Origin: an uncultured Actinomycetota bacterium
Lineage (GTDB): Bacteria > Actinomycetota > Actinomycetes > Mycobacteriales > Mycobacteriaceae
Reading direction: 5' to 3'
NCBI GenBank assembly: GCA_963794245.1
Contig: CAWCDD010000005.1
Span: 498,059-562,058, forward strand
DNA length: 64,000 bases
A model generated the notes under the pieces. The model had not been told where the DNA came from, did no database searches, and saw only the letters and a program-made list of their open reading frames with translations. Both the position numbers and the translations under genes were made by a program. How positions within the stretch are numbered: the stretch's first letter is position 1; each line of letters starts with the position of its first letter. Shown piece by piece: positions 9,177-20,099 of the stretch.

Positions 9177-9735
9177 ACCCTTCGTCGTCGACGGTCACGG
9201 TGGTGTCGGCGACCGGTGAACGCAACTTGATCCCGTCCGGGCCGCCCTGCCCGATGTAGCTCACCGTGGCCGCGGTGACGGTCATCTCGGGCACGTTGAC
9301 ATAGACCATTGGCAACGTGATGGTTTCGGCCCGCTCGTGCAGCCCCAGACGACGGATGGGCAGCGCGTTGAAGAATGGGCTGAACACCACGTCGACGTCG
9401 AGTGCGCCGTTGTACCCCTCGCGTCGCTCGCCCTGGTGGTCGGTGATCATCCACATGTTTTCCTCGTCGCGGGCGATCGCCAGCTGGCGTTCCCGCTCGG
9501 CGAGGGTGATCGTCAACCCGAACCTCTTGGTGGCTCCGCTCTCGTCGGTCTGCACTTCGTAGAAGGCGCCGAATGCCGGGTTTGTCTCGGTAGCCGCGGC
9601 CACGATGCGGCCCGCGGCCTTAATTCGCTTGCCGGACACCTGTACTCGCACCGATTCCATGCGGGAGATGTCCGGCGCGCGCCAGGTAAGCATCGCGTTC
9701 CAGACGCGCTGGGTCGGATCAGAGGGGCTGTTCAC
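9139..9735 (-). CDS. Conserved hypothetical protein, Rv3755c-like (putative glycolipid-binding domain family)
   Basis: 198-aa ORF, convergent with tyrA and overlapping it by 38 nt. Assignment is by synteny and general resemblance only. Confidence 0.55.
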   Translation of the reverse strand: MNSPSDPTQRVWNAMLTWRAPDISRMESVRVQVSGKRIKAAGRIVAAATETNPAFGAFYEVQTDESGATKRFGLTITLAERERQLAIARDEENMWMITDHQGERREGYNGALDVDVVFSPFFNALPIRRLGLHERAETITLPMVYVNVPEMTVTAATVSYIGQGGPDGIKLRSPVADTTVTVDDEGFIVDYPGLAERI

Positions 9736-9740
9736 ACTCC

Positions 9741-10484
9741 CTACCGTAAGACGTGCCCACCGGCCGCGGCAGGCTGGTCGGCAAGTGCGGTCACCGTCAC
9801 ATTGTCGCGCCGATGAGGTCTGCGCAACCTTCCGGTGCCCGGCACCGAAACCCAGACCGCCATCGCCAGCAGACCGTCGAGGATCAGCGCCAGCGCGGCC
9901 ACCATCAGCGCGCCGACCAGAGCGAGCTGGAATTCACGCTCTTTGATCCCGTCGATCAGGTAGCGGCCCAGCCCGCCGAGGCTCGCATACGCGGCCACCG
10001 TCGCGGTGGCGACCACCTGCAGCGTCGCGTTGCGCAGCCCCCCGAGAATCAACGGCATCGCGTTGGGGACCTCGACGCGCAGCAGCACTTGGGCCTCCGT
10101 CATGCCCATCGCGCGGGCCGCGTCGACCGCCACCGGGTCGACGTTGGCGATGCCCGCGTAGGTGCCGGCCAGCAGCGACGGCACACCGAGCAGCATCAGG
10201 GCAACCAGCGGCGGCCCGAGTCCCAGCCCGAAAAGCAGCACGCCCAGCAGCAGCACCCCGAGGGTCGGTAGTGAGCGCAGCCCGTTGACCGCGCCGACGA
10301 CGAGCAGCGTGCCGCGGCCGGTGTGGCCGATGATCATCCCGACCGGGATCGCGATCAGCGCTGAGGCGCCCACCGCGACCGCGGTGTACTCCAGGTGCTC
10401 CAAGATGCGTGCCGCCAGACCGACCGGTCCGGTCCAGTTGTCGACGGTGAGCAGGTAGGAGATCGCCTGCGCGATGAAGTTCAT
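9741..10484 (-). CDS. proZ: Glycine betaine/osmoprotectant ABC transporter permease ProZ
   Basis: The ORF track gives 9741..10550. ATG at 10484 (MNFIAQAISYLL...) forms an ATGA overlap with the proW stop. Multi-TM BPD-type permease. Confidence 0.85.
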   Translation of the reverse strand: MNFIAQAISYLLTVDNWTGPVGLAARILEHLEYTAVAVGASALIAIPVGMIIGHTGRGTLLVVGAVNGLRSLPTLGVLLLGVLLFGLGLGPPLVALMLLGVPSLLAGTYAGIANVDPVAVDAARAMGMTEAQVLLRVEVPNAMPLILGGLRNATLQVVATATVAAYASLGGLGRYLIDGIKEREFQLALVGALMVAALALILDGLLAMAVWVSVPGTGRLRRPHRRDNVTVTALADQPAAAGGHVLR

Positions 10485-11173
10485 CGCGCACCACCGACCA
10501 CCGGGGCCACCACCGATCGCCGGCGAGCGGTGGCACCCGCGTGCGACCAAGGCGTGGCGACCCGGCCGGCCAGCACGATCAACACGTCGATGACGACCGC
10601 CAACACGAACAGCGCGATGATGCCGGCCAGGATTTGATCGCTCTTGTCGGTCTGATACCCCTCGGTGAACCAGGTCCCCAGGCCGCCGATCCCGATCACC
10701 GAACCCACCGATACCATCGCGATATTGGTCACCACGACCACCCGCAACCCCGCGACCATGACCGGAATCGACAGCGGCAGTTCAACTTTCAGAATTCTCT
10801 TGACGGCCGAGTAGCCGACCGCGGTGGCGGCGTCACTGACCTGAGCCGGCACCGCGTCCAGCGCCTCCAGGACCGCACGCACCATCAGCGCGGTGGTGTA
10901 GGCGGTCAGCGCGACCAGGACGTTGGCCTCGTCGAGGATGCGGGTTCCGATGATCACCGGCAGGGCCACGAACAGCGCCAGCGACGGGACGGTGAACACC
11001 ACACTGGCGGTCGCCGTCGTCAGCCGGCGCGCAATCGGTTGGCGCTGCACCAGCACTCCCAGCGGCACCGCGATCAGCAGCCCAATCAGCACCGGCACCA
11101 ACGACAACCGCAGGTGGATCACGGTCAAAGTCCAGGCGTCGCCCAGGTGTGTGAGCAGATAGTGCATGGTCAC
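10481..11173 (-). CDS. proW: Glycine betaine/osmoprotectant ABC transporter permease ProW
   Basis: 230-aa multi-TM ORF whose start overlaps the proV stop by 4 nt. Syntenic with Rv3757c. Confidence 0.85.
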   Translation of the reverse strand: MTMHYLLTHLGDAWTLTVIHLRLSLVPVLIGLLIAVPLGVLVQRQPIARRLTTATASVVFTVPSLALFVALPVIIGTRILDEANVLVALTAYTTALMVRAVLEALDAVPAQVSDAATAVGYSAVKRILKVELPLSIPVMVAGLRVVVVTNIAMVSVGSVIGIGGLGTWFTEGYQTDKSDQILAGIIALFVLAVVIDVLIVLAGRVATPWSHAGATARRRSVVAPVVGGAR

Positions 11174-12261
11174 CTCCGCCGCTGGGATTCGACCGCGGCC
11201 AGCACGTCGGCGGCGAGCACCCCGCCGATGACCTTGCCATCGTCATCGACGGCGATCCCCACAGTCGACGGCGACGACAGCGCCGCGTCCAGCGCGTGGC
11301 TCAGATTGCCGCCGGGCCGGAACAATGCACCGACGCCGCTCATGCTGTCGGCCAAGGACGCACCACCGCGGTGTCGCCGCAGGCCGTCACCGTCGATCCA
11401 GCCCAGTGGTAGGCCGTGGTCGTCGACCACTACCACCCAATCGGTGAGCGAACGATCGGTCAGCCCACCGGCGGGGATGGTGTCGACGGTGTGCAGCGGC
11501 AGGCCGTTCGCGTCGATCAGCTGCAACCACCGGTAGCCACGGCCGAGACCGATGAATCTGGACACGAAATCGTTGGCCGGCCGCGAAAGCAGTTCGGTGG
11601 GTTGGTCGTACTGCTGCAGCGCGCCGCCTCGGCCGAAGATCGCGACTTGGTCGGCGAGCTTGAGCGCCTCATCGATGTCGTGCGTGACGAACACGATAGT
11701 TTTGTGCAATTCGCTTTGCAGGCGCAGTATTTCGTTCTGCAGCTCGAGGCGAACGACGGGGTCGACGGCCGAGAATGGCTCGTCCATCAACAGGATTGGC
11801 GGATCTGCGGCCAGTGCGCGTGCCACACCGACGCGTTGTTGTTCGCCGCCGGAGAGCTGCGCCGGGTAACGGTTGGCCAGCTTGGCGTCCAGCCCGACGC
11901 GTTCGAGTACCTCGTAGGCCGCTTTGCGGGCCGCCCGGCGGGACTGCCCCCGCAACACCGGCACCGTCGCGACGTTGTCGATGACCCGTTGATGCGGCAT
12001 CAGCCCGGCGTGCTGAATCACGTAGCCGATTCCGAGCCGCAGCTTCACCGGGTCGACGGCCGAAACGTCCTCCCCGTCGACGGTGATGGTGCCCGAGGTC
12101 GGCTCGATCATCCGGTTGATCATCCGCAGCGCCGTGGTTTTGCCGCTCCCGGAGGAACCGACGAAGACCGTCAGCTTGCTGTTGGGGACCACCAGGTTCA
12201 GCCGATCGACGGCGGTGGTCCCGTCGGCGAATGCCTTGCTGACATTGTCGAAGATTATCAA
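11170..12261 (-). CDS. proV: Glycine betaine/osmoprotectant ABC transporter ATPase ProV (with C-terminal CBS pair)
   Basis: 363-aa ORF with Walker A GSSGSGKTT, signature LSGGEQQRV, Walker B ILLMDEPFSAVD, and a CBS-like tail. Confidence 0.9.
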   Translation of the reverse strand: MIIFDNVSKAFADGTTAVDRLNLVVPNSKLTVFVGSSGSGKTTALRMINRMIEPTSGTITVDGEDVSAVDPVKLRLGIGYVIQHAGLMPHQRVIDNVATVPVLRGQSRRAARKAAYEVLERVGLDAKLANRYPAQLSGGEQQRVGVARALAADPPILLMDEPFSAVDPVVRLELQNEILRLQSELHKTIVFVTHDIDEALKLADQVAIFGRGGALQQYDQPTELLSRPANDFVSRFIGLGRGYRWLQLIDANGLPLHTVDTIPAGGLTDRSLTDWVVVVDDHGLPLGWIDGDGLRRHRGGASLADSMSGVGALFRPGGNLSHALDAALSSPSTVGIAVDDDGKVIGGVLAADVLAAVESQRRR

Positions 12262-12283
12262 CGCGTCACACCCCGGCCGGCCG

Positions 12284-13231
12284 TCATTGTGTAAGCGGAT
12301 GGTTGAAGCCGTTGTCCCGCACCCAGTTTCGAGCAGCCTGGTCGGGATCGATGCCGGAGTTGCCGGCCACGGCCGCGTTGAGCCCGGCCAGGCCGTCAGT
12401 GGTCAGTTTCGCCGAGACCGCATCCAGGACCACCTTCAGGTGGTCGGACTTCTTCTGCGAATTCACCAGCGGCACAATATTGCCGGCCACGAAGTTGTGT
12501 TCGGGATCCTCCAGCGTCACCAGATGATTTTGCGGAATCGCCGGTGAGGTGGTGAAGATGTTGGCCGCGGTGACCTTTCCGCCGACCAACGCGCGCACCG
12601 TCACCGCGCCGCCACCGTCGTCGATGACGATGAAGTTACCGGGACTGATGTTGAGCGAGTATTTCTGCCGCAGTCCGGGTAAGCCGGATGGGCGGTTCTC
12701 GAACGCCGACGGCGCCCCGAATTTCACTTCCGGCGAGTGAGCGGCCAGGTCGGCGATGGTTTTAAGGTTCCACTCGGCGGCGGTTCCGCTGGTGACGCTG
12801 ACCGTGTCGGTGTCGGAGGCCGGTGACGGCGTCAGAAGCGACAGGTCACCCGGCAATTTCTGGTAGAGCTCCAATTCGACGGCGTCGAGCATGGTCGCGG
12901 TCGAGTTGGGGGCGAAGTACCGCAGCAGGTTGCCGACGTATTCCGGTACCAAATCGATGGAATGGTCTTTGAGTGCCGGGATGTACGTCTCGCGACTGCC
13001 GATGCCCATTCGCCGTCCGACGTCGAAACCGTTGGCCTGCAACGTTTGTGCATAGATCTCCGCGATGATCTGGGATTCCGGGAAGTCAGCGGACCCGACG
13101 ACGATGGATTTCATGCTGCGCATTTCCGGTGCCAGCGGATCGGAATTGCTGCAGGACGCGACCAGGCACGTGGCCGTAAAGCACACGGCCGCGGGGATGA
13201 TCGCGCGGTGCACGCGCCGCAGCATCCTCAT
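12284..13231 (-). CDS. proX: Osmoprotectant-binding lipoprotein ProX
   Basis: The ORF track gives 12284..13693. The upstream 154 codons are G/P-rich shadow of the opposite-strand gene. ATG at 13231 gives MRMLRRVHRAIIPAAVCFTATCLVASCSNS, a signal peptide with lipobox. Confidence 0.85.
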   Translation of the reverse strand: MRMLRRVHRAIIPAAVCFTATCLVASCSNSDPLAPEMRSMKSIVVGSADFPESQIIAEIYAQTLQANGFDVGRRMGIGSRETYIPALKDHSIDLVPEYVGNLLRYFAPNSTATMLDAVELELYQKLPGDLSLLTPSPASDTDTVSVTSGTAAEWNLKTIADLAAHSPEVKFGAPSAFENRPSGLPGLRQKYSLNISPGNFIVIDDGGGAVTVRALVGGKVTAANIFTTSPAIPQNHLVTLEDPEHNFVAGNIVPLVNSQKKSDHLKVVLDAVSAKLTTDGLAGLNAAVAGNSGIDPDQAARNWVRDNGFNHPLTQ

Positions 13232-13334
13232 AACGCTGACACTAACGGCAGAAACGGCCCGGCGCTGTCGCCATGGAGCAGGTGGTTTGCGTGGTTTGGT
13301 TTCATTCTGCGCAGGATGGGACAAAGATGGATCT

Positions 13335-13724
13335 ATGAGCAGCAACCCCCCTGGCTCGCCAGGCAACCCGCCGCCAAAGCCCATTCCGGGGCCTCCCCCT
13401 GAGGTCGCGCCGGCGCCTCCCCCACCGCCCCATGCCGGCAAGAAACCCAGCGAACCGGCCATCGGGTTCACCCGAGCGGGCGCCCTGTGGACGGCATTGA
13501 TCGCGGGCTTCTTGATCCTGATCCTGTTGCTGATCTTCATCACCCAGAACACGACGTCGACCCCGTTCCAGTTCTTGGGCTGGCATTGGAACCTGCCACT
13601 GGGGGTGGCCATCCTGCTGGCGGCCGTGGTCGGCGGGTTGCTCACCGTGACCGTCGGCACCGCGCGCATGCTGCAACTGCGTCGCGCAGCCAAGAAGCAG
13701 CACGCCGCGGCAACGCGGCACTAG
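13335..13724 (+). CDS. Proline-rich membrane protein, Rv3760-like (LapA/DUF1049-type TM domain)
   Basis: ATG at 13335 (MSSNPPGSPGNPPPKPIPGPPPE...) followed by two TM helices (ALWTALIAGFLILILLLIFI, LPLGVAILLAAVVGGLLTVTV). Confidence 0.7.
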   Translation: MSSNPPGSPGNPPPKPIPGPPPEVAPAPPPPPHAGKKPSEPAIGFTRAGALWTALIAGFLILILLLIFITQNTTSTPFQFLGWHWNLPLGVAILLAAVVGGLLTVTVGTARMLQLRRAAKKQHAAATRH

Positions 13725-14767
13725 CCGGGCAGCTTGGACAGCTCCCCAAGCCCACGGGCGATCAACGGCGCGACCACCTCGGGCATGTGTTCGGAGTCTT
13801 TACCGCTGGCCTGATCCGACATGCGCCTGCGGAAGTCGATGCCGGCGGCGATGATGGCCAGCTTGAAGTAGGCCAACGCCATGTAAAACTCCCAATGCGC
13901 CAGCGGTATGCCGGCGACCAGCGAGTACCGGTCGGCCAGCTCGTCGGCCGTGGGCAGCAGCGGCGAAGTCCAGGCGGCTTGCGCATTGACGATCAGATCC
14001 AGTGCCGGGTCGCGGTACACACACATCAGGGCCGCGTCGGACAGCGGATCCCCCAGCGTCGAGAGCTCCCAATCCACCACGGCGCGCACCCGCGTCGGGT
14101 CGTCGGCGTCCAGGATGGTGTTGTCGATCCGGTAGTCACCGTGCACGATCGAGGTGCGACCCTGTCGCGGAATCGCTTGCTGCAGACCGGAATGCAGTCG
14201 TTCGACGTCGGCGTCACGATGGTCGTCGGGCAGCCGCACCAGTTCCCATTGCGAGCCCCAGCGACGTACCTGACGTTCCAGATAACCGCTGGGTTTGCCG
14301 AAGTCGGCCAGTCCCACCGCATTCGGGTCGACGTTGTGCAGGTCGACGAGCACCCGGATCAGTGCGTCGACGCATTTGTCGATCACGGTGTGGTTGAAGG
14401 CTTCGAGTTGAGCGCGGCGGCGCACCACCTGCCCGGCAACGAACTCGACGATCTGGAACGGCGCGCCCAGCACGGAGTCGTCCTCGCACAGCGCGATTGC
14501 ACGGGCCACCGGAACGGGCGTGTCCTGCAGTGCTGCCACCACTTTGTACTCGCGGGCCATGTCGTGCGCCGACGGGGTCAACCCGTGTAGCGGTGGACGC
14601 CGCACCAGCCAGTTCGTCTTGTCGTCGTAGACCCGGAACGTCAGATTGGAGCGGCCGCCGGAGATGAAGTCCCCGCGCAATTCGCCGTCGCGCTCGATGC
14701 CGAGCGAACGCAGGTACCGGTCCAGCGCGGGCAGGTCCAGCCCGTCGAGTCGATCAGCCGAAGTCAC
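13721..14767 (-). CDS. fadE36: Aminoglycoside-phosphotransferase-fold kinase (FadE36/Rv3761c-like)
   Basis: 348-aa intact ORF with the Brenner/APH motifs IVHGDYRIDNTIL and VVDWELSTLGDPLSD. Confidence 0.8.
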   Translation of the reverse strand: MTSADRLDGLDLPALDRYLRSLGIERDGELRGDFISGGRSNLTFRVYDDKTNWLVRRPPLHGLTPSAHDMAREYKVVAALQDTPVPVARAIALCEDDSVLGAPFQIVEFVAGQVVRRRAQLEAFNHTVIDKCVDALIRVLVDLHNVDPNAVGLADFGKPSGYLERQVRRWGSQWELVRLPDDHRDADVERLHSGLQQAIPRQGRTSIVHGDYRIDNTILDADDPTRVRAVVDWELSTLGDPLSDAALMCVYRDPALDLIVNAQAAWTSPLLPTADELADRYSLVAGIPLAHWEFYMALAYFKLAIIAAGIDFRRRMSDQASGKDSEHMPEVVAPLIARGLGELSKLPG

Positions 14768-14776
14768 CGAACTTGT

Positions 14777-15385
14777 CTACCATCGCTGATTGCGCGGCAA
14801 CAGGTCCCACACGTGTTCGACCCCATTGACTCCCGCCACGGTCGCCTGGCCGGTCCGCGAGTACAGCAGGCGAGTCACCGATGCGTAGTCGACGGGGAAC
14901 GACAACAGTCGCGCCGTCCCGAGGATCTCGTGCAGCAACAGGTTGATCACCCCGCCGTGGCTGAACACCACAACGGTGTCTTCGGGATCCGCGGACGTGA
15001 CGAGATCGTCCACTGCCGCCGTCACCCGCGCCCGGAACGCGTCTTCGTCGACCGCGCTGGGCAGATGGCCCTGGGCCAGTCGCTCCCACTCTTTCGGGTT
15101 TTCCTGACGGATCTGCTCGACGGGGATGTACAAGGGAAGGTCGCGATCGTATTCGGCGAAGCGCTCGTCAATCTCGACGGACAGCTCACGGGCCGCCGCG
15201 ACCGGTTCGGCGGTCTGCACGGCCCGCCGCTGGGGGCTGCTGATGACCCGGGAGATCGGGAACCGCGCAAGCGCCTCGGGCAGGCGCGCGATCTGGGCCA
15301 CCCCCTCTTCCGACAAGTCCGGGTCGGAACCCTGGCCGTGTTCGCTGCGCAGCGGCAACGCATGCCGGACCAGAAGCACTTGCAT
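14777..15385 (-). CDS. Histidine phosphatase (phosphoglycerate mutase) family protein
   Basis: The ORF track gives 14777..15658. ATG at 15385 gives MQVLLVRHALPLRSE..., the RH(G/A) motif at the N-terminus, and later VVFSHGGVI. Confidence 0.75.
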   Translation of the reverse strand: MQVLLVRHALPLRSEHGQGSDPDLSEEGVAQIARLPEALARFPISRVISSPQRRAVQTAEPVAAARELSVEIDERFAEYDRDLPLYIPVEQIRQENPKEWERLAQGHLPSAVDEDAFRARVTAAVDDLVTSADPEDTVVVFSHGGVINLLLHEILGTARLLSFPVDYASVTRLLYSRTGQATVAGVNGVEHVWDLLPRNQRW

Positions 15386-15511
15386 GTTTCTCCCTAGTCG
15401 TCGGGTACGTGATGTCAGCACCAAAGCCGGTTCGCAGTTTCTCATCGCGCCCTGCCGCGGCGCGCGGCCGTCTCCTAATCTGCAAGAGAGGCCCGATCTC
15501 GAGGAGGACAG

Positions 15512-16171
15512 ATGACGCAGCCGAGCATCGATTGGGACGCCGCCTACCGACAAGAAGCACCACCGCCGTGGAGCATCGGGCGGCCGCAGCCCGAGCTGGC
15601 GACGCTCATCGATCAAGGCAAGGTCCGCGGCGATGTGCTGGACTCCGGCTGCGGCCACGCGGCCCTGTCACTGGTCCTCGCCGCGCGCGGCTACACCGTC
15701 GTCGGGCTGGACGCCAGCGCGACCGCGGTCGACGCCGCGGCCGCGGCCGCCACCGAACAAGGACTGACGACAGCGACTTTCGCGCAGGCCGACGTCACCG
15801 ACTTCGGCGGCTATGACGGGCGCTTCGCCACCATCCTGGACAGCGGGCTGTTCCATGCCCTGCCGCCCGAGGGCCGCCAGGGCTATCTGCAGTCGATCTT
15901 TCGGGCCGCCGCACCCGGGGCCGCGCTCTACATCCTGGCGTTCGCCGCCGGGGCGCTGGGCGACCAGGACGGCCGGCCCGGCCCGCGTGGCTTCACCGAA
16001 AGCGAATTGCGCGACGCCGTCTCGACGCTGTGGCAGGTCGACGAGGTTCGCCCCGCCAAGGTCTACGGCAACGCGGCCGCACTCGATGCCGAGTTGCCGA
16101 ATGCCGAACACGACAACGACGGGCACTTCATGGTGCCGGGGTTCCTGCTCACCGCGCGCAAGCCGGATTAG
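15512..16171 (+). CDS. Class I SAM-dependent methyltransferase
   Basis: 219-aa ORF with motif I VLDSGCGHAALSLVLA and post-I VVGLDAS. Confidence 0.8.
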   Translation: MTQPSIDWDAAYRQEAPPPWSIGRPQPELATLIDQGKVRGDVLDSGCGHAALSLVLAARGYTVVGLDASATAVDAAAAAATEQGLTTATFAQADVTDFGGYDGRFATILDSGLFHALPPEGRQGYLQSIFRAAAPGAALYILAFAAGALGDQDGRPGPRGFTESELRDAVSTLWQVDEVRPAKVYGNAAALDAELPNAEHDNDGHFMVPGFLLTARKPD

Positions 16172-16342
16172 CGGCTCTTCTCGCAATCCTGGCGCCACCC
16201 CGTCGCCGAACGTGCTCTGAGGGCGGGTTTTCGGCGAATTTCTCGCCCTCAAGCACGTTCGACGCGGCTGTTGGTGCCGGGCCGGACTAGCGGTATCCCC
16301 GGAGAATGCTATTCTCCACACAGAGAGTGGGGTGTGCGGACA

Positions 16343-17390
16343 ATGACGACTGCTGGTGAAACCCAACTGGACCCGGGTGTTCTGGGTCGATGGCTCGACG
16401 CCAACGACGCTCCGGGCAGCGGCGAGGAACCGCTGCTGGAGCAGCTCAAGGGCGGTTCGCAGAACACGCTGTATCTGATTGCGCGCGGCAGCGAGCGGAT
16501 GGTGCTGCGGATGCCCGGCGCCCGCGCGGACGCGGCCCGCATCGACGGCCTGCTGCGCGAGATCCGGCTGGTGCGGGCACTGTCGGGCACCGACGTCCCG
16601 CACGCCGAGCTGATCGCCGCCGACGACAGCGGCACCGTGCTCGGCATGCCGTTCTACGTGATGCGGGCGATCGACGGCTGGAGCCCGATGGACGGCGGCT
16701 GGGAGCCACCGTTCGACACCGACCTGGATGCGCGGCGCGGGCTCGCGTTCGAACTCGTCGAGGGCGCCGCCAAGCTGGGCCGGGTCGACTGGCGCGGCCA
16801 AGGACTCGAGGGCTTTGGCCGCCCGGACGGATTCCACGATCGACAGGTCGATCGCTGGCTGGCGTTTCTCGACTCCTACAAGGTGCGCGAACTTCCCGGT
16901 CTGGACGAGGCCGCCGATTGGCTGCGCCGCAACCGTCCCGCGCAGTACACAGCCGGGCATCATGCACGGCGACTATCAGTTCGCCAACGTGATGTTCGCG
17001 CACGGCGGCCCGGCTCGGCTGGCCGCGATCGTGGACTGGGAGATGACGACGGTCGGCGATCCGCTGCTGGACCTGGCCTGGGCGCTGCTGGGCTACGACG
17101 GCGAAAACCCCAGCGACGACGGGTTTTATCTGGACATGAAGGGGATGCCGACGCGCAGCGAATTACTGGGTCACTACGAGAAGGTCAGCGGGCTGTCCAC
17201 CGAGAACATCGACTACTACCTGGTGCTGGCCAACTGGAAACTCGGCATCGTGCTGGAAAAGACCTACGCTGCCGGCGTGCGGACCGGAAAGGTCGACCCG
17301 AAGATCCACGACGCCTTCGGGGCGATGATCCCGCGGCTGATCGCGACGGCGGCCGAGCTGGCGCGTAGCCTGCCGACGCGGCGCGCTGAA
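16343..17390 (+). pseudogene. APH-fold phosphotransferase, frame-disrupted
   Basis: Frame 2 reads MTTAGETQLDPGVLGRWLD...WLRRNRPAQYT up to 16951. The continuation PGIMHGDYQFANVMF...IVDWEMTTVGDPLLD is in frame 0 from 16953, so there is one extra base at about 16952. The intact paralog in this window (27738-) reads ...RPATWTPGIMHGDYHAANVMF across the same point. There is no in-frame stop before the next gene's ATG at 17391. Confidence 0.8.
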
Positions 17391-18178
17391 ATGGGTTACG
17401 CGGATGAACTTTTCGACCTCACCGATCGCGTGGTGCTGATCACCGGCGGCAGCCGTGGGCTGGGACGGGAAATGGCCTTCGCCGCCGCGCGCTGCGGCGC
17501 CGACGTGGTGATCGCCAGCCGCAACTTCGACAACTGCGTGGCCGCCGCCAAGGAAGATCGAGGCCGAGACCGGGCGCACCGCCATGCCTTACGGCGTGCA
17601 CGTCGGACGCTGGGACCAACTCGACGGATTGGTCGACGCCACCTACGAACGGTTCGGCAAAGTCGACACCTTGATCAACAACGCGGGCATGTCGCCGCTG
17701 TACGACAAGCTGAGCAACGTCACCGAGAAGTTGTTCGACGCGGTGGTGAACCTGAATCTCAAAGGGCCCGTTCCGGCTATCGGCGTTGGTGGGTGAGCGG
17801 ATGGTGGCCGCGGGCAGCGGGTCGATCATCAACGTGAGCTCCACCGGGTCGCTGCGCCCGAACGGCGGCATCATTCCCTACGCGGCCGCCAAGGCCGGGC
17901 TCAACGCGATGACCGAAGGACTGGCGCAGGCGTTCGGGCCGACGGTGCGGGTCAACACGCTGATGGCGGGGCCCTACTTGACCGACGTCAGCAAGGCGTG
18001 GGACCTCGGCGGGGACAATAACTTCAGCCACCTCTTCTTGAAACGCGCCGGCGATCCGCGCGAAATCGTCGGCGCCGCACTGTTCTTGGCGTCCGACGCG
18101 TCCAGTTTCACGACCGGTTCGATTCTGCGGACCGACGGCGGAATTCCCTACGTGGCGACGCAACGGGTAGGCGAGTAG
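17391..18178 (+). pseudogene. Short-chain dehydrogenase/reductase (SDR), two frame disruptions
   Basis: MGYADELFDLTDRVVLITGGSRGLG...AAAKE is in frame 0. IEAETGRTAMPYGVHVGRWDQ...NNAGMS...VNLNLK is in frame 1, with an extra base at about 17556. GPFRLSALVGERMVAAGSGSIINVSS...YAAAKAGL...SILRTDGG is in frame 2, with an extra A in the run 17761-17763. Confidence 0.8.
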
Positions 18179-18186
18179 ACATTCGA

Positions 18187-19495
18187 ATGTCTTGGGATTT
18201 CTCTACCGAGCCGGAGTTCGAGAAGAAGCTCGCCTGGGTTCGCGAGTTCGTGCGCGAAGAGGTGGAACCGCTCGAGGTGCTGTTCCCGGGCTGCGAGTTC
18301 TTGCCGCTCAATGACGAGCGCCGGCGCATCGTCGATCCGCTCAAGCAGCAGGTCCGCGACAATGGCTTGTGGGCACCGCATCTGGGCCCAGAGCTCGGCG
18401 GCCAGGGCTTCGGCGCGGTCAAGCTGACGTTGATCAACGAGATTCTGGGCCGCAGCCCGTGGGCGCCGATCGTCTTCGGCACCCAAGCGCCCGACACCGG
18501 CAACGCGGAGATCATCGCCCGCTTCGGGACCCAGGATCAGAAGGACCGCTACCTGTCCGGGCTGCTGTCCGGAGAGATCTTTTCCTGCTTCTCGATGACC
18601 GAACCGCAAGGCGGTGCCGATCCGCGCGTCTTCACCACCCGCGCCGTCCGCGACGGCGACGAATGGGTGATCACCGGGCGAAAGTACTTCTCCTCCAACG
18701 CCGCTGTCGCGTCGTTCTTCATTGTCGTCGCGATCACCGATCCCGACGTTCCCGTCCATAGCGGCGCCTCGACGTTCCTGATCCCCGCCGACACCGAAGG
18801 GCTGATCCTGGAAGCCAACCACCACCTGGTGGGAGCGGACCCGCACGAACCGGGGCATTCCCTGGTGCACTACGACGACGTGCGAGTGCCTCAAGACGCG
18901 CTGCTCGGCGAACCCGGTCAGGGCTTCCTGATCCTGCAGACCCGGTTGGCCGGCGGCCGGCTGCACCATGCGATGCGCGTCCATCGGGATGGCGCAACGC
19001 GCGGTCGAGATGATGTCGCGGCGCGCGAAAAGCCGCTTCACCCAGGGCAGCTCGTTGGCCGACAAGCAGCTGGTGCAAGAGTTCGTCGCCGACTCCTATA
19101 CCGAGCTGATCCCGTTTCGGTTGACCGTGCTGCACGCCGCGTGGCTGATTGACAGCGGCGACGAGCATGGTGCGCGCGCCGAGATCGGCGCCTGCAAGAT
19201 CCTTGCGTCGCAGGTCTTGAAATCGATTGCGCTGCGCGCGATCCAAGTGCATGGTGCGCTCGGGCTCACCGATCAGCTGCCCCTGGTCAACGTGTTGTTG
19301 GGCGGCATCGCGCTCGGTCTGGCCGACGGGCCGACCGAGGCACACAAGGTCAATCTGGCCCGGATGCTGCTCAAGGGGTACGACGCCGAAGAAGGCGACT
19401 GGCCCAGTGAGATGCTCGAAGTTCGCCGTGCCGCGGCCCGGGAGAAGTACGGCGCACTCGTCGGTAGCGTTCCCGCGCAACCACATTCGCCATGA
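18187..19495 (+). pseudogene. Acyl-CoA dehydrogenase, one frame disruption
   Basis: Frame 1 reads MSWDFSTEPEFEKKLAWVREF...SMTEPQGGADP...LQTRLAGGRLHHAMR up to 18978. SIGMAQRAVEMMSRRAKSRFTQGSSLADKQLVQ... follows in frame 2 from 18980, so there is an extra base at about 18979. Confidence 0.8.
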
Positions 19496-20099
19496 CGAAC
19501 AGAGTCACCGCGGCTGTCGAACGCGCCCTGGACGACCGGCAACGCGAGGCTACCGAGGAGGTCGAACGCATCCTGGCCGCCGCGGTGCGGGTGATGGAGA
19601 CGGGTCGCGCCCGAGCCGCCGCGCGTCAGTGACATCGTCACCGAGGCCGGCTCGTCGAACAAGGCGTTCTACCGGTACTTCGCCGGCAAGGACGATCTCA
19701 TCCTGGCCGTGATGGAACGCGGGGTCGGGATCGTCGTCTCCTACCTGCAACACCAGATGGCCAAAGAGCCACACCCGCAGGACAAGATCGCCCGCTGGAT
19801 CGAGGGCACGCTCGCGCAAGTGGCCGAGCCACATCTGATCAGCAAGAGCCGCGCCGCGGCCGGTCAGATGTCGGCCGACTGGCGCGCGGTCGACCAGGAA
19901 ATGATGCGGCCGCTGCGAGACCTGCTGGTCGAACCGGTTGCGGCGCTGGGCAGTAACGATGTCGAACGCGACGTCGAGGCGGTGTTCTGCTGCACGGCGG
20001 CGACGATGCGACGATACGTGGGCTCGGCCGAGTCGGCCCGGGCCCGACGACATCGCACATGTGGTCCGGTTCTGTCTCAACGGATTGGGAGTCAATTGA
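19492..20099 (+). pseudogene. TetR-family regulator, two frame disruptions
   Basis: ATG at 19492 overlaps the ACAD stop (ATGA). MTNRVTAAVERALDD...AAVRVME is in frame 1. RVAPEPPRVSDIVTEAGSSNKAFYRYFAGKDDLILAV... (the HTH) is in frame 2, with extra base 19600. PDDIAHVVRFCLNGLGVN-stop is in frame 0, with an extra G in the run 20040-20042. Confidence 0.75.

Noticed and set aside
12284-13693. N-terminal extensions of maximal ORFs (proX to 13693, acr3 from 3294, qor from 38004, dprE1 from 53731, glfT1 from 43728, the methyltransferase to 27704, the phosphatase to 15658)
   Set aside because: The extensions overlap neighbouring genes or tRNAs and translate to low-complexity sequence. Internal starts give signal peptides, start/stop overlaps or Mtb-like lengths.
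15668-16963. 431-aa minus-strand ORF overlapping the methyltransferase and APH genes. The same applies to 34640..35776(-), 21092..22834(+), 53845..55062(-), 10541..11536(+), 58115..59083(-), 58873..60456(+), 40587..42296(+) and 44805..45782(+)
   Set aside because: These are antisense or out-of-frame shadows typical of high-GC DNA. Their translations are Arg/Gly/Pro/Ala-rich with no recognisable motifs. The overlapping frame encodes well-conserved proteins.
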